In this document: positions 1 to 11,449 of the stretch, one piece after another
Layout of the letters: the number at the start of each line of letters is the position of its first letter
Numbering within the stretch: the stretch's first letter is position 1
From: Mobula hypostoma
Lineage: Eukaryota
Direction of reading: 5' to 3'
DNA length: 64,000 nucleotides
NCBI RefSeq assembly: GCF_963921235.1
Contig: NC_086101.1
Coordinates: 4,280,001-4,344,000, forward strand
Notes under the pieces: generated by a model
The model's database searches: none
Told to the model about the DNA's origin: nothing
What the model saw: only the letters and a program-made list of their open reading frames with translations
Program-made: the position numbers and the translations under genes

Positions 1-2289
1 AATAGTGCAGCCATGGCTGACAAGGGAAGTCAAAGCCATTATAAAAGCAAAAGAAAGGGCATACAACAAAGCAAAAATTAGTGGGAAGATAGAGGATTGG
101 GAAGTTTCTAAAAACCTACAGAGAACAACTAAAGAAATCATTAGAAGAGAAAAGATTAAATATGAAAGCAAGCCAGCAAATAATATCAAAGTGGATAGTA
201 AAAGTTTTTCCAAGTATGTTAAGAATAAAAGGGAAATGAGAGTGATAGTAACAGGGGACAAGGAAATGGCTGAGGAACTAAATGAGTATTTTGTGTCAGT
301 CTTCTCTGTGGAAGACACGAGCAGTATGCCTGATGTTGTAGTGTGTGAAGGAAGAGAAGTGGGTACAGTTACTGTTACAAGAGAGAAGATGCTCAAAAAG
401 CTGAAAGACCTAAAGGTACATAAATCACCCAGACCAGAGGAACTGCACCCTAGGGTTCTGAAAGAGGTAGCATTGGAGATTGTGGTGGCATTAGAAATGA
501 TCTTTCAAAAATTATTGAACTCTGGCATAGTGCCAGAGGACTGGAAAATTGCAAATGTCATTCCACTCTTTAAGAAAGGAAGAAGGCAGCAGAAAATAAA
601 TTATAGACCAGTTAGCCTGACGTCAGTGGTTGGGAAGACGTTAGAGTCAATTGTTAAGGATGAGGTGATGGGGTACTTGGTGATACAGGACGTGATAGTA
701 CAAAGTCAGCATGGTTTCCTTCAGGAAAAATCCTGCCCAATGAACCTGTTGGGAGTTCTTTGAAGAGATTACAAGTAGGATAGATAAAAAGGATGCAGTT
801 GATGTTGTATATTTGGACTTTCAGAAGGCCTTTGACAAAGTGCCACACATGTGACTGCTTACCAAGTTAAGAACCCACGGTATTACAGGAAATTTACTAA
901 CATGGTTAGAGCATTGGCTGATTGGTAGGAGGCAGCGAATGGGAATTAAAGCATCTCTTTCTGGTTGGCTGCAAATGACAGGGGTCGATGTTGGGTCCAC
1001 TTCTTTTTATGCTGTATAGAAATGATTTAAATAATGGTGCCGTGTGGGCACGTGACCAAGTGGTTAAGGCATTGGACTAGCGACCTGAAGGTCGTGAGTT
1101 TGAGCCCCAGCTGAGGGAACGTGTGTGTGTCCTTGAGCAAGGCACTTAATCACACATTGCTCTGCAACGACACTGGTGCCAAGCTGTATGGGTCCTAATG
1201 CCCTTCCCTTGAACAACATTGGTGTCGTGGAAAGAGGAGACTTGCAGCATGGGCAACTGCTGGTCTTCCATACAAACTTGCCCAGGCCTGCGCCCTGGAG
1301 AGTAAAGACTTTCCAGGCGCAGATCCATGGTCCACAAGACTAACGGATGCCATCTTAAATGATGGAATAGATGGCTTTGTGCCAAGTTTGCAGATGATAT
1401 GAAGATTGGTGGAGGGGCAGGTAGTGTTGAGGAAACAGATAGGATGAAGAAGGACTTAGACAGATTAGGAGAATGGGCTAGAAGTGGCAAATGAAATACA
1501 ACGTTGGAAAATGCATGGTCATGCACTTTGGTAGTAGAAATAAATGTGCGGACTCATTTCTAAGCAGGTAGAAAGTCCAGGAATCTGAGATGCAGAGGGA
1601 CTTGGGTGTCCTTGTGTAGAACACGCTGAAGGTTAACTTGCAGGTTGAGTCGGTAGTGAGGAAGGCAAATGCCATGTTAGCATTCATTCAAGATGTCTAG
1701 AATACTAGAGCAGGGATGTGATGCTGAGGCTTTATAAAGCACTGGTGAGGCCTCACTTTAAGTACTGTGAAGAGTTTTGGGCCCCTCATCTCAGAAAAGA
1801 TGTGCTGGTATTGGAGAGGGTCCAGAGGAGGTTCACAAGGATGATTCCAGGAATGAAAGGGTTATCATACAAGGAATATTTGATGGCTCTGGGTCTGTTC
1901 TTGCTGGAATTCAGAAGGATGAGAGGGGATCTCATTGAAACCTTTCAAATGTTGAAAGGCCTAGACAGAGTAGATGTGGTAAGGATGTTTCCTGTGGTGG
2001 GAGAGTCGAGGACAAAAGGGCACAGCCTCAGGATAGAGGGGCGCCCTTTCAAAACAGAGATGCAGCGTAGTGAATTTGTTGCCACAGGCAGCTGTGGAGG
2101 CCAGGTCATTGGGTGTATTTAAGGCAGAGATTGATAAGTTCTTGATCGGACATGGCATCAAAGGTTATGGAGAGAAGGTTGGGAACTGGGGTTGAGGAAG
2201 AGATTTAAAAAAAGGATCAGCCATGATTGAATGGCGGAGCAGACTCAATGGGCCGGATGGCCGAATTCCGCTCCTATGTCTTATGGTCT
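1..2289 (+). mobile_element. CR1 (HER1-like) LINE, ORF2/RT part and 3' end, decayed
   Basis: ORFs 5-763 and 1718-2122 carry CR1 ORF2 motifs ([44 protein letters not shown]); CR1 3' tail ending ctcctatgtcttatggtct; frameshifts present. Confidence 0.93.
1038..1354 (+). mobile_element. tRNA-derived SINE inserted in the CR1
   Basis: Pol III A box (tgaccaagtggttaaggc) and B box-like (gagtttgagccc); SINE core gtgtccttgagcaaggcacttaa; flanked by 11-bp TSD ttaaat(a/g)atgg at 1027-1037 and 1355-1365. Confidence 0.85.
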
Positions 2290-2850
2290 AAATAACGCAA
2301 ACACAAGTCATAGAGTCCACAGTCTGAGGAATTGGTTTTGAGTTGCGGGTGAGTGAAGTTATCCCTATTGGTTAAAGAGCCTGATGTTTGAGGGGTAATA
2401 ACCGTTCCTGAACTTGGTGGTGGGAGCCCTGAAGCTCCTGTACCTTCTTCCTGATAGCAGCAGAGAGAAGGGAGCATGTCCTGGATGGCCATCCATCAAG
2501 GGTCTGGATGTAGCTGCCTCAACCACTTTTCCATGTTCCCCCACCCCCCTGACCCAGCACCCTCAGCTGAAAGCACTGACCCTCAGGTTCCAATTAAATT
2601 CCATCCCCCCTTTCCCCTCTGCCCTCAATCCTCTTCCCCCAACCTGGGGAAAAGACTGCACATTCACCGTTCTTATGCCCTCATGACTTTACACACACTT
2701 TGTAGGGGTGGATTAGGGAGAGAATTCTAGAGCTCTGTCAACATTGGAACTGAGGGATAGGTAACAGATGTTGACAGAAGGATTTATATACAAGGCTAGG
2801 TGAGGATTTTTAAATGTGATGCACAACTTGGTTAGAGATGCAGTTACTTT

Positions 2851-3807
2851 GGCCATCGGTTAATCAGGGCAGCTGCTTATTTGGGACAACTGTTAAAGAA
2901 CAAAAACTAATAAGAAAATAGCCTGGATTCCTTTTGTTCTTTCTGGACACTACGCTGCTTAATTGGGGCAGGAGACTGTTGCCAAACAATTTCTGACTAG
3001 TGTCAGTCAGGCACTTAGATCAAACAGTTTTTAAACAATGTCAGTTAAGTGTGTTTATGTTCAAAATGCAGCAATTTCTGTCACTGCTAATTGGTGAGAA
3101 ATAAGCAGCAAGTCAATTCAGAAGTGCTTTGTTCACTGTGGTTTCAAGCATTCAGGCTTGGAGATGTCAGAAACGGCCGGAAGAGAAAATGAAACCATTT
3201 CACTACTTTAACAAGTTAGGAACTATGACAATCACCTTGAATGTTGAAATGAAAGTGAGGATTTGGAGGATGTAGCCGTCGAAAGGATCGTATGAAGGCA
3301 GTCCACTTGATTTTGTTCATTGCGTAGACTGGATGAATTCCTCCGATAACTATTAGGAACTAATACACAGTTTTATAGAACTGTCATAGTATTGGTAGTT
3401 TTATTTATGTGTGTATTTATTTATTTATTGAGAGACGGCGCGAAATAGGCCCTTCCGGATCGTCGATCCCCTGATTTTACTCCAGCCTAATCACAGGACA
3501 ATTCACAATGGCCAATTAACCTACAGGTTTGGACTGGGAGGAAACTGGAGCACCCAGAGGAAACCTACGCTGTCACAAGAAAGAAGTATAAACTCCTTAC
3601 AGGCGCAGTGGTGGGAATCGAACTCAGGTTGCTGGTAGTGTAAAGCCTTGGGCTTTATCTTGTTACTTTGCTACTTTATCTTCTACTTCATTTAAATTTG
3701 TTACTCAGTTAAACTGTAGCTTGTCTTTCCATGAAACTTCGGCCAATCGGGGCAGCCACTTAATTGGGCCAAAATATACTGTGTGTCCCAATTAAATGGA
3801 ATCCACT
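2851..3807. mobile_element. Non-autonomous Tc1/mariner-superfamily (Tigger/pogo-like) element, one end clear
   Basis: Ends gtcccaattaaatggaatccactg followed by TA; internal ttaattgggg(c/a) subterminal repeats; left TIR not recognised. Confidence 0.5.
3400..3647 (-). mobile_element. HE1-like V-SINE
   Basis: Reverse complement of the V-domain (ggaggaaactggagcacccagaggaaacc), tRNA-like B box (gggaatcgaactc) and (TTTA)n tail. Confidence 0.8.
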
Positions 3808-4084
3808 GTAATTGGGTGGGCAGGCAGGTGATGGCAGGGAGCATACGAGAGGTGCTTAGATTACAGGCGATCGGTTCGACAAAGTCAAAAACAGGACAGA
3901 TACTCCATCTTCCCCCACACCAGCACCAACCAAGAACCGGGCCAGGCCTTCACCCTGGGGCTGGGTGTTCGGACGGTTCTCGGGATAGGGTCCTTTTATA
4001 CAGGGCCTAGACCCATCTAGGGGTTAACCATGGGTGGGTGGGAGAGACGGGCACCCGTGTGCAAGAGAAGCCACAGATGATAAG

Positions 4085-4570
4085 ACGGTGAATAGTATGC
4101 TGACTGGCTGCATCATGGCCTGCTATGGGAACACCACTGTCCTTAAACAGAAAATCCAACAAGTAGAGGACACAGCCCAGTCCATCACGGGTGAAGCCCT
4201 CCCCACCATAGAGCACATCTACATGGAATGCTGTCGTGGGAAAGCAGCATCCATCATTAGAGATCCCCACCACCCAGACCAGGCTCTCGTCTCACTGCTG
4301 CCATCAGGCAGGAGGTACAGGAGCCCCAGGACCCACACCACCAGGTTCAGGAACAGTTATTACCCCTCAACCAACAGGGTCCTGAACCAGAGAGGGGAAC
4401 TTCATTTACACCACCACTGAAATGCTCCCACAGCTCATTGACTCACTTTCAAGGATTTTTCTCCTGATTTTCCTAATATTTATTGCTCATTTATTATTAA
4501 AATTATTTTCCATTTGCATTTACTGTTAATGCCTTCAAGAAAATTAATCTCAGTGTTTTATATGTGAACC
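4085..4570 (+). mobile_element. Rex1/Babar LINE 3' fragment
   Basis: ORF 4034-4420: LTGCIMACYGN...DPHHP...LLPSGRRYRS..T.TTRFRNSYYP, typical Rex1/Babar C-terminus. Confidence 0.8.
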
Positions 4571-4677
4571 TTGGGCATAGGAACCCACTGCCTCTGCGTG
4601 GGTGGAGTGGAGGGCAGACGGTACCACCTTTGGGTGTGGGTCACCTGTTGTGCTCTGGTGGCTGGGAGTGGGACAGG

Positions 4678-5545
4678 AATCAGGTTTGATACCACTGTTG
4701 TGAAAGATGTTTTGCAGCAACAGTACATTACAATACATAAATTTTAAAAAACATAAATTACAGTGAGAAATATTTATATTAAAAAAGTTCAATTAAATAT
4801 GTAGCAACACACACACACAAAATGCTGGTGAACGCAGCAGGCCAGGCAGCATCTCTAGGAAGAGGTACAGTTGACGTTTTGGGCCAAGACCCTTCGTCAG
4901 GACTAACCGAAAGAGCTAGTACGAGATTTGAAAGTGGGAGGGGGAGGAGGAGATGGGATTTCAGATCTCCTCCTTCCCCCCTCTCAAATCTCTTACTAAC
5001 TCTTCTTTCAGTTAGTCCTGACGAAGGGTCTCGGCCTGAAACGTCGACTGTACCTCTTCCTATAGATGCTGCCTGGCCTGCTGCGTTCCACCAGCATTTT
5101 ATGTGTGTTGCCTGAATTTCCAGCATCTGCAGATTTCCTCGTGTTTGCGCAATTAAATATGTAGTAATGCCTAAAGAGAGATGTACTGAGGCAGTGTTTG
5201 TGGGTTCAATGTCCATTGAGAGATCGGATGGCAGAGGGGAAGAAGCTGTTCCTGAATCACTGAGTGTGTGCCTTCAAGCTCCTGTACCTCTTCCTCGATG
5301 GTAGCAATGAGGACAGGCATGTACTGGGTGATGGGGTCCTGCATGACGGGTGCTGCCTTTCTAAGGAACTGCCTTTGAGGATGTTCTCGATGCTGATTTC
5401 TAGGATGGAGCTGACTAAGTTTATAACTTTCTGCAGTTTATTTCCATCCTATGCAGTGCCCCTCTCCCCAATACCAGACCATGATGCAGCCAGTCAGAAT
5501 GGTCACCACAATACATCTGGAGAAATTTCAGAGCGTCCCTGGTGA
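4678..5545 (-). mobile_element. Rex1/Babar LINE 3' fragment (hosts the Penelope-derived insert)
   Basis: Reverse complement of the LPSGRRYRS/FRNSFFP coding block (ggggaagaagctgttcctgaa...ctcctgtacctc). Confidence 0.7.
4805..5149. mobile_element. Palindromic Penelope-derived pLTR element with minimal hammerhead ribozyme
   Basis: Long inverted repeat; 15-bp TSD caattaaatatgtag at 4790-4804 and 5150-5164; HHR core agtc-CTGACGA-stem-GAAA-cGTC-gact at 5014-5050. Confidence 0.85.
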
Positions 5546-6199
5546 CACGGTAAGGGGGAGCAGCCCGTGAGCGGATAGGGTGGCTGGATGTGAGAGCACC
5601 CCTGGGAGTGGGGGGTGGGCACCCCTGCTCCATGGGGCCTGTGCGCCCACCGCTCACTGTTTGGGTGAAAGGCTTGTGGCTACCTCTGGGTGATGATGAG
5701 GGGGTGGCTACCCCACACTGGCGAGTGGGTGTGTGTGTGTGTGTGTTAATATTGGGAGCAGCTCTGGGTGGAAGTGGGGGGTGGGGTCAGCCACCCACTG
5801 CTCACTGGTAACTAGGGGGGGAAAGACAGGAGCCCCCCCTGGGTGGGCGAGGGGGGAGGGAACATCTATGGGAGGGGGTAAAGCTCTAACTGTTCACTAG
5901 TGTCTAGGTGGGGGTTGGAGAGATCGGGAGCACCTTCAGGGTGGGGGTCTCGGGCACCCACGGCTCCGACGGACAAGAGAGGGGAGAGACTCGAGAGCAC
6001 CTTTGGGTGTCTCTGAAACTAGGCGGTGTGGTCGGATCGAGAGCACCTCTGGGTGGTGGGTAGGGGGTCGAGTGCCCAGAGACGAGAGAGGGTGGAGGGC
6101 GCCTATGGGCTGGGGGGGGTCGAACAGCCACTTGGGTGAAGATAGAGGGTCGGGAGCACCTATGGGTGGGGATCGGGCAATCACCTCACTGACAGGCGA

Positions 6200-6550
6200 G
6201 AGGGAAAGAGATCGAGTTCCATGGAGCGGGGAGCGGGGAGCCGGAGGCCTCGGGACTGCCGGGGAGGTGAGAGAAGAGGAGCAGGGCCGCGGGCCTAACG
6301 ACAAGAGGGAAGGACGGGCGGGTAATCGGCGGCAGCAGCGGCGGCGTCCCTCTCCCCTCCCCTCAGCTCCTCTCCCGGGGACCCTCGGACACTCACCGGG
6401 CGGCGGATCCGCGGATCAGAGCGGCGGCGGCGGCGGCGGCGGTGGGTGGCCGAGCGAAAAGCAACGCAACAACTCCCGACCGCCGAAGGAGCTGGAGGGC
6501 GGGCCGACCATCGCAGCCCCGGAGTTGCTGAAGGCTGGAGAACCGGATCG
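6200..6550 (-). promoter_or_regulatory. CpG island with probable non-coding first exon (about 6397-6545) of a - strand gene lying left of the window
   Basis: CpG/GC-rich with (GGC)n; - strand donor G|GTGAGT at 6397/6396; about 45 bp nearly identical to the ZBTB12-like exon 1 at 18162-18206. Confidence 0.65.
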
Positions 6551-6765
6551 TGGATCAAAAGTCAAAAGTAAATTTACAACCCCGTGATTCATTTTATTCG
6601 CAGAAATTCAAAAAAAACACAATAGAAACGATGAAAGATCACATACAACAAAGGACAAACAACCAGCGTGCAAACGACAACAAACTCTGCAATATAAAAT
6701 AGAAAAAAACAAAAGTAGGTTAGTTAAATGGAAATTGCACTGAAAGTAGTTCAGAAGTATAGGTA

Positions 6766-6915
6766 AACAACAGGAATTCTGCAGATGCTGGAAATTCAAG
6801 CAACACACATCAAAGTTCCTCCTGACGAAGGGTCTCGGCCTGAAACGTCGACTGCGCCTCTTCCTATAGATGCTGCCTGGCCTGCTGCGTTCACCAGCAA
6901 CTTTGATGTGTGTTG
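6766..6915. mobile_element. Penelope-derived short element with hammerhead core
   Basis: 15-bp TSD tcagaagtataggta at 6751-6765 and 6916-6930; CTGACGA...GAAAcGTC at 6822-6849; same family as 4805-5149. Confidence 0.85.
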
Positions 6916-6984
6916 TCAGAAGTATAGGTATAAGTTTTATAAGCTGCCCGCAACACATCGCCATCCTGCAATGGGAAACTGGGG

Positions 6985-7560
6985 GAAGGCAAAGCAATGT
7001 TAGCATTCATTTTGAGAGCACTAGAATATAAAAACGAGGGTGTAATGCTGAGGACACTGGTGGCGTCTTATTTTGAGGCCCCCTTATCTGAGAAAGCATG
7101 TGCTGACATCGGAGAGGGTGCAGAGGAGGTGCACGGGAATGATCCCAGGAACGGAAGGGTTAACATGAGGAGGTCCGTACTCGCTGGAGTTTGAAAGAAT
7201 GGTAGGGGGAAGGGGGGAATCACATTGAAACCTACCGAATATTGAGAGGCCGAGATGGAGTGGATCTCTCATATCTGGGGCCAGAGGTCACAGCCTCAGA
7301 ATAGAGGGACATTCACTCAGAACAGAGATGAGGGGAAATTTCTTCAACCAGAGGGTGGTGAATCTTCGGAGCTTATTGCTACAGACGGCTGTGGAGGCCA
7401 AGTCAGTGGGTGTACAGTATTTAAAGTGGAGGTTGATCAGTTCTTGATTAATCAGGGCGTCAAAGGTCACGGGGAGAAGGCAGGACAATGTGGTCGAGAG
7501 GGATAATAAATCAGCCACGATGGAATGTCAGAGCAAACTGGATCTGCTCCTATGTGTTAC
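6985..7560 (+). mobile_element. CR1 LINE 3' fragment, heavily decayed
   Basis: KANAMLAFI/LEYK coding remnant and CR1 3'UTR similar to 1660-2289. Confidence 0.8.
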
Positions 7561-8159
7561 GGACTACCAGACTTGGTAATTTCCCTCCTCAGGCCTTGAG
7601 ATTAATGAATACGCAGCCACCATCGAGGTCTCGTCACTGGGGCAGCCGGTTGTTTACGCTTTGTCTGTGCGCGCATTCCATCTTCTACTGCCTGATTTGT
7701 GGTACTGTTTCTATATGTGCTGTGTGTCATTTGTGCTTTGCCACATCATACGACACGGCACACAATGACGATGAAAATTAACTTGAACGTGAACTTGACG
7801 GCTGCCTTGATGCTCTGTCCTGCTCCCACGCTGAGCCCGTCAATTTAATCAAATTCAAAGTAAATTTATTATCAATGTACACATATGTCACAATATACTA
7901 CCCTGAAATCCATTTTCCTGTAGGCATATTTTAAAATATTAAACAAAGTAAAATGCAAGGGAAAACTACACATTAACAAAGACTGACAGCAACCGGTGTG
8001 GAAAAAGACAAATTGTGCAGCGAGCATAAGTTGTAACGAGTCCTTGAGCGTCAGTTTCTAGGTTGTAAAGTTGTCCACAGTGGTTCAGGTGATTGATGGT
8101 TGTCCTGAACCTGGAGTTGTGGGACCTGAGGCTACTAGACCTCCTGCCCGATGATTGAA

Positions 8160-9382
8160 GGGTGCTAACTTCCTGCAACTTCCACCCTTCCCTCAAATTT
8201 ACTTTGTCCATCTCTGACCCCTCTCTCTGCCTCCTTCTCTGGAGACTGTCCACTGATACCTCTGACAAATCTGCTGACTCGCACTGCTGCTTTGCTACTG
8301 CTTCTCACCCTGTCACTTGTAAAACATGCTATTCCCTATTCTCAGTTCCTCCGTCTCCACCACATCTGTTCCCAGGACACAACTTTCTTCTCCAGGACAT
8401 TGGAGATGTCCTCCTCCTTCAAAGAACAGTCTTTCCCCTCTTCCACTATTGATGCTGCCCCCCACCCTCATTTCCTCCATTCCCTGAACAAGCCCCATCT
8501 TCCCACCACCTTAATAGGGATAGGAGTTCCCTTGTTCCCATCGACCATCCCATGAGCCTCTGTCTCCAGGAATCATTGTCCACAACTCTTGACCTCACAA
8601 CAAATCCTGTCAATAAGCACATCTTCCCCGCCCCAACCACCTCTGCTCTCTGTGGAGATGTCTCTACGTGACTCCTTTAACTCTACCTCCCTCCTGGAAC
8701 TTAGCTCTGAAACCTGCCCATTTACTTCCTCCCTCACCTCCATTCAGAGTGAGGCAACACCTCACCTGCGAGTCGGTCAGTGTCATCTACTGTATCCGGT
8801 TCTTCAAGCGCGGCCTCCGGCACATCGTGAAACCCAGTGTCGATTGAGGGGCCGCTTTTGTCAAGCACCTTCACGTTCTCCGCCACAATCGGCGGAATCT
8901 CAGTGGCCACCCAACTCAATTCCACTTCCCATTCGTATTCCGACACGTCAGTCCCTGGCCTCCATTAGGTTGGAGGAGCACAACCTCATATTACGTCTGG
9001 GTGACTCCAACCTGATTATCAATTTCTTTAACTTCCTGTGATTTCTCTCCCTTCCCTCTTTCTTTCTTTTTCCATTCCCCATTCTGACTCCCTCTCACCC
9101 CTTCTCCTCACCTACCCATCACTTCCCTGTTTCCCCTCCTCCTCCCCCTTTCTCCCGTGGTCTACTCTTTCTCTTCTATCAGATTCCTCCTCCTTCAGCC
9201 CTTCACCCTTTCCTCCTTCCTCCTCCCATCTTCTTACATCATCCCCTCCCCAAGTACCCATCTTCCTGCTCACCTGGTTTCATCAATCACCCTCCCCTTC
9301 CTTCTCATTCTGACTTCTGTCCCTTTCCTTTCCAGTCCTGATGAAGAACCTTGAGGTCCTCCAGCATTTAGTGTGTGTGTTA
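8160..9382 (+). mobile_element. Penelope-like element: RT C-terminus/GIY-YIG remnant plus pLTR
   Basis: FHPSLKFT, AIPYSQFLRL..ICS motifs; VIYCI...IGET-like GIY-YIG remnant near 8780-8870; pyrimidine-rich tail; degenerate CTGATGA hammerhead core near 9338. Confidence 0.8.
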
Positions 9383-10009
9383 CTGCACTATCATCTCCAA
9401 AGCCGGATCTCTCTGCTGCTGACAGAAACAAGCCATTCAACCCAACTCATCCACTCCAACTATGTTGTCCAGTGAGCAAGTCCCACCAGCCCACGTTTGG
9501 CCCCTAGCCGTCTGAACATCTCTCCATGATTCCATGATTTGTCCAGGTGGCTTTGAAATGTTGCTCGTGTGCCCATCTGAACCACTGTTTCGGGCAGCTC
9601 ATTCCAAACATTCTGTAATCTTTGTGTGAAGAAGCTGTCCCTGACGTCCCTTGTGGATCTCTGACCTTAAACCTGTGTCCTCTTGTTTTGCACCCCTCCT
9701 GGGGAAAAAAGACTATGTGCTTTCACCCTGCCTATGCCCCCTCAAAATCTCTATCAGGTCACCCCTCAATCTCATATATTCCAGCGAATAAAGTCCTAGT
9801 CTACACAGACTGTCCTTGGAACTCAGGCCCCCGAGTCCAGGCAAAGTCCTCCTTTGAATTCTGTCTAGTTTATTAGGAGGCCATCCATTCATTCATTGGT
9901 TGGGGTTGACCATGGGTGTTGCATTGGTGCCGTCAGTCGATGCAGAAGACGGGGCAGTACGACATGGAAGAAGAGGGGAGGGGGAGGGAAGTTTTTGTTA
10001 TCGGCAGGA

Positions 10010-10335
10010 GAAATCGATAGTCACGTCATCAGGCCGGAGGCTACCCAGATGGAGCGTAAAGTATTGCTTCCCCACCCTGAGAGTGGCTTCATCGTGGCAC
10101 AAGAGGAGGCCAGGAACTGACATGTCGGAATTGAAATGGGAATTGGAATTAAAATGTTGGGCCACCGGTAGATTCTGCTCTGGCGGATGGAGCGGAGGTA
10201 CTCTATGATGGGTCTCTGGAATGTGCAGCGGGCCACATCAGGAGCACTGGAAACAATAGACAACCCCAGCAGATTTGCAGGTTAAGTGTTGCCTCACCTG
10301 GAAGGACTGTTTCGGGCTCCGAACGGAGGTGAGTG
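10010..10335 (-). mobile_element. Penelope-like GIY-YIG fragment
   Basis: Reverse-complement similarity to 8730-9030 (gtggcccaacattttaattccaattccc; gaagcaatactttacgctccatctgggtagcctcc). Confidence 0.7.
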
Positions 10336-10479
10336 GCCACTTTAACGTTACTCCTTTCATTGACCTGTAATGTTGACTCAACAGATACCTCTTGGCCTCT
10401 CGGACTCTCCAATATTTACCCCTTTATTTCGGCTTTCTGCCATCTGTGGGATTCCATGGACGAGATCGAACGGAGCACA

Positions 10480-10948
10480 GAGTTTTAGAAAAACGTCATT
10501 TTATTTGGTTAAGTCTGGTCTCGTCTGAAAGGGGTAGGGGAAGACAACACAGCAACTGTTTTTGAACAACAAAGTAATATAACGAGATGTGATGGCGGGT
10601 TACACGAGGTGTGTGTGACGTAAACTTGTCAGGGGTGGAACCAGGTGCCGGCAGGAGGAAGCCAGCTGTGGATCTGGCAAGAAATCTGGTTCATTGACGT
10701 ACTAACAGACATGCAGCAGGAAAGTGAAGAATTGAAAGAGTTGCAGGCCATGCACTTCACAGAACAGGCACAGCAAAGGTCAATTCGACCAGGTGAGGCA
10801 GGAGGGAGTGCATTGATCCCTGTCGAGAAATCCAAAACCAGGAGGGGAGGTGGGGGTCCTGGAGACAGTGCGGGGCAGGAGTACCAGAGAGGGGCGGAGA
10901 AGTGAGAAGCCAGGGTTGTTGCCCTTGGAGGGAGAAGTGAGAAGGAGA
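10480..10948 (-). other. Putative terminal 3'UTR exon of the ZBTB12-like gene
   Basis: Non-repeat-looking sequence; - strand acceptor ttctctgatctcctccacccAG at 10949-10950 (other acceptors nearby); - strand AATAAA at 10500-10505; matching donor just after the stop codon. Confidence 0.4.
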
Positions 10949-11449
10949 CTGGGTGGAGGAGATCAGAGAAGTTGTTGCCATTCGCCCTGGTTCACAGACC
11001 AGGGGTGCAGATTTACAGAGAAGGGTGAAGGATAATTTGGGGGAGGGGTAGAGTGTGAGGGGAAAAATTTCTACCCATAGAGTGGGGATGGTCTGGGACT
11101 CACTGTCTGTGTGGGTGGAGACAGAACCAGACAGGGAATTGGATCTGCACTGGTTGGGAAGTTGAATAATTCACAGGGAATTCGGGGTGGAGTCAGAACC
11201 ACTCAGGAGTTTTCCAATGGGGATTAGATCAGCACTGGGTGGGAAGTTCAACAATTTACAGGGGATTGAAGAGGCTATTTAGTTTACCATGGACCTAAAG
11301 GGTCACGTCAAATCCACGGTAAACAAGGCAAAGTGGCGGGCAGCATGTGATCAGACACGGCACGGAGAGAGCAGAGTACTCACGGCCTTACAGGTGAGAT
11401 TTGATTTAATCGAGGAGTGACTGCCGAAGGCCCGTGGATGGGAGAGAGT

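Noticed and set aside
1046..1120. tRNA gene
   Set aside because: It is the head of a TSD-flanked SINE with an imperfect cloverleaf
5904..6587. GC-rich ORFs (for example 6003-6587)
   Set aside because: Low-complexity CpG-island translations, better explained as a promoter, non-coding exon and intron
11100..11270. Degenerate 70-80 bp direct repeat
   Set aside because: Only two weak copies and no further structure to support a function
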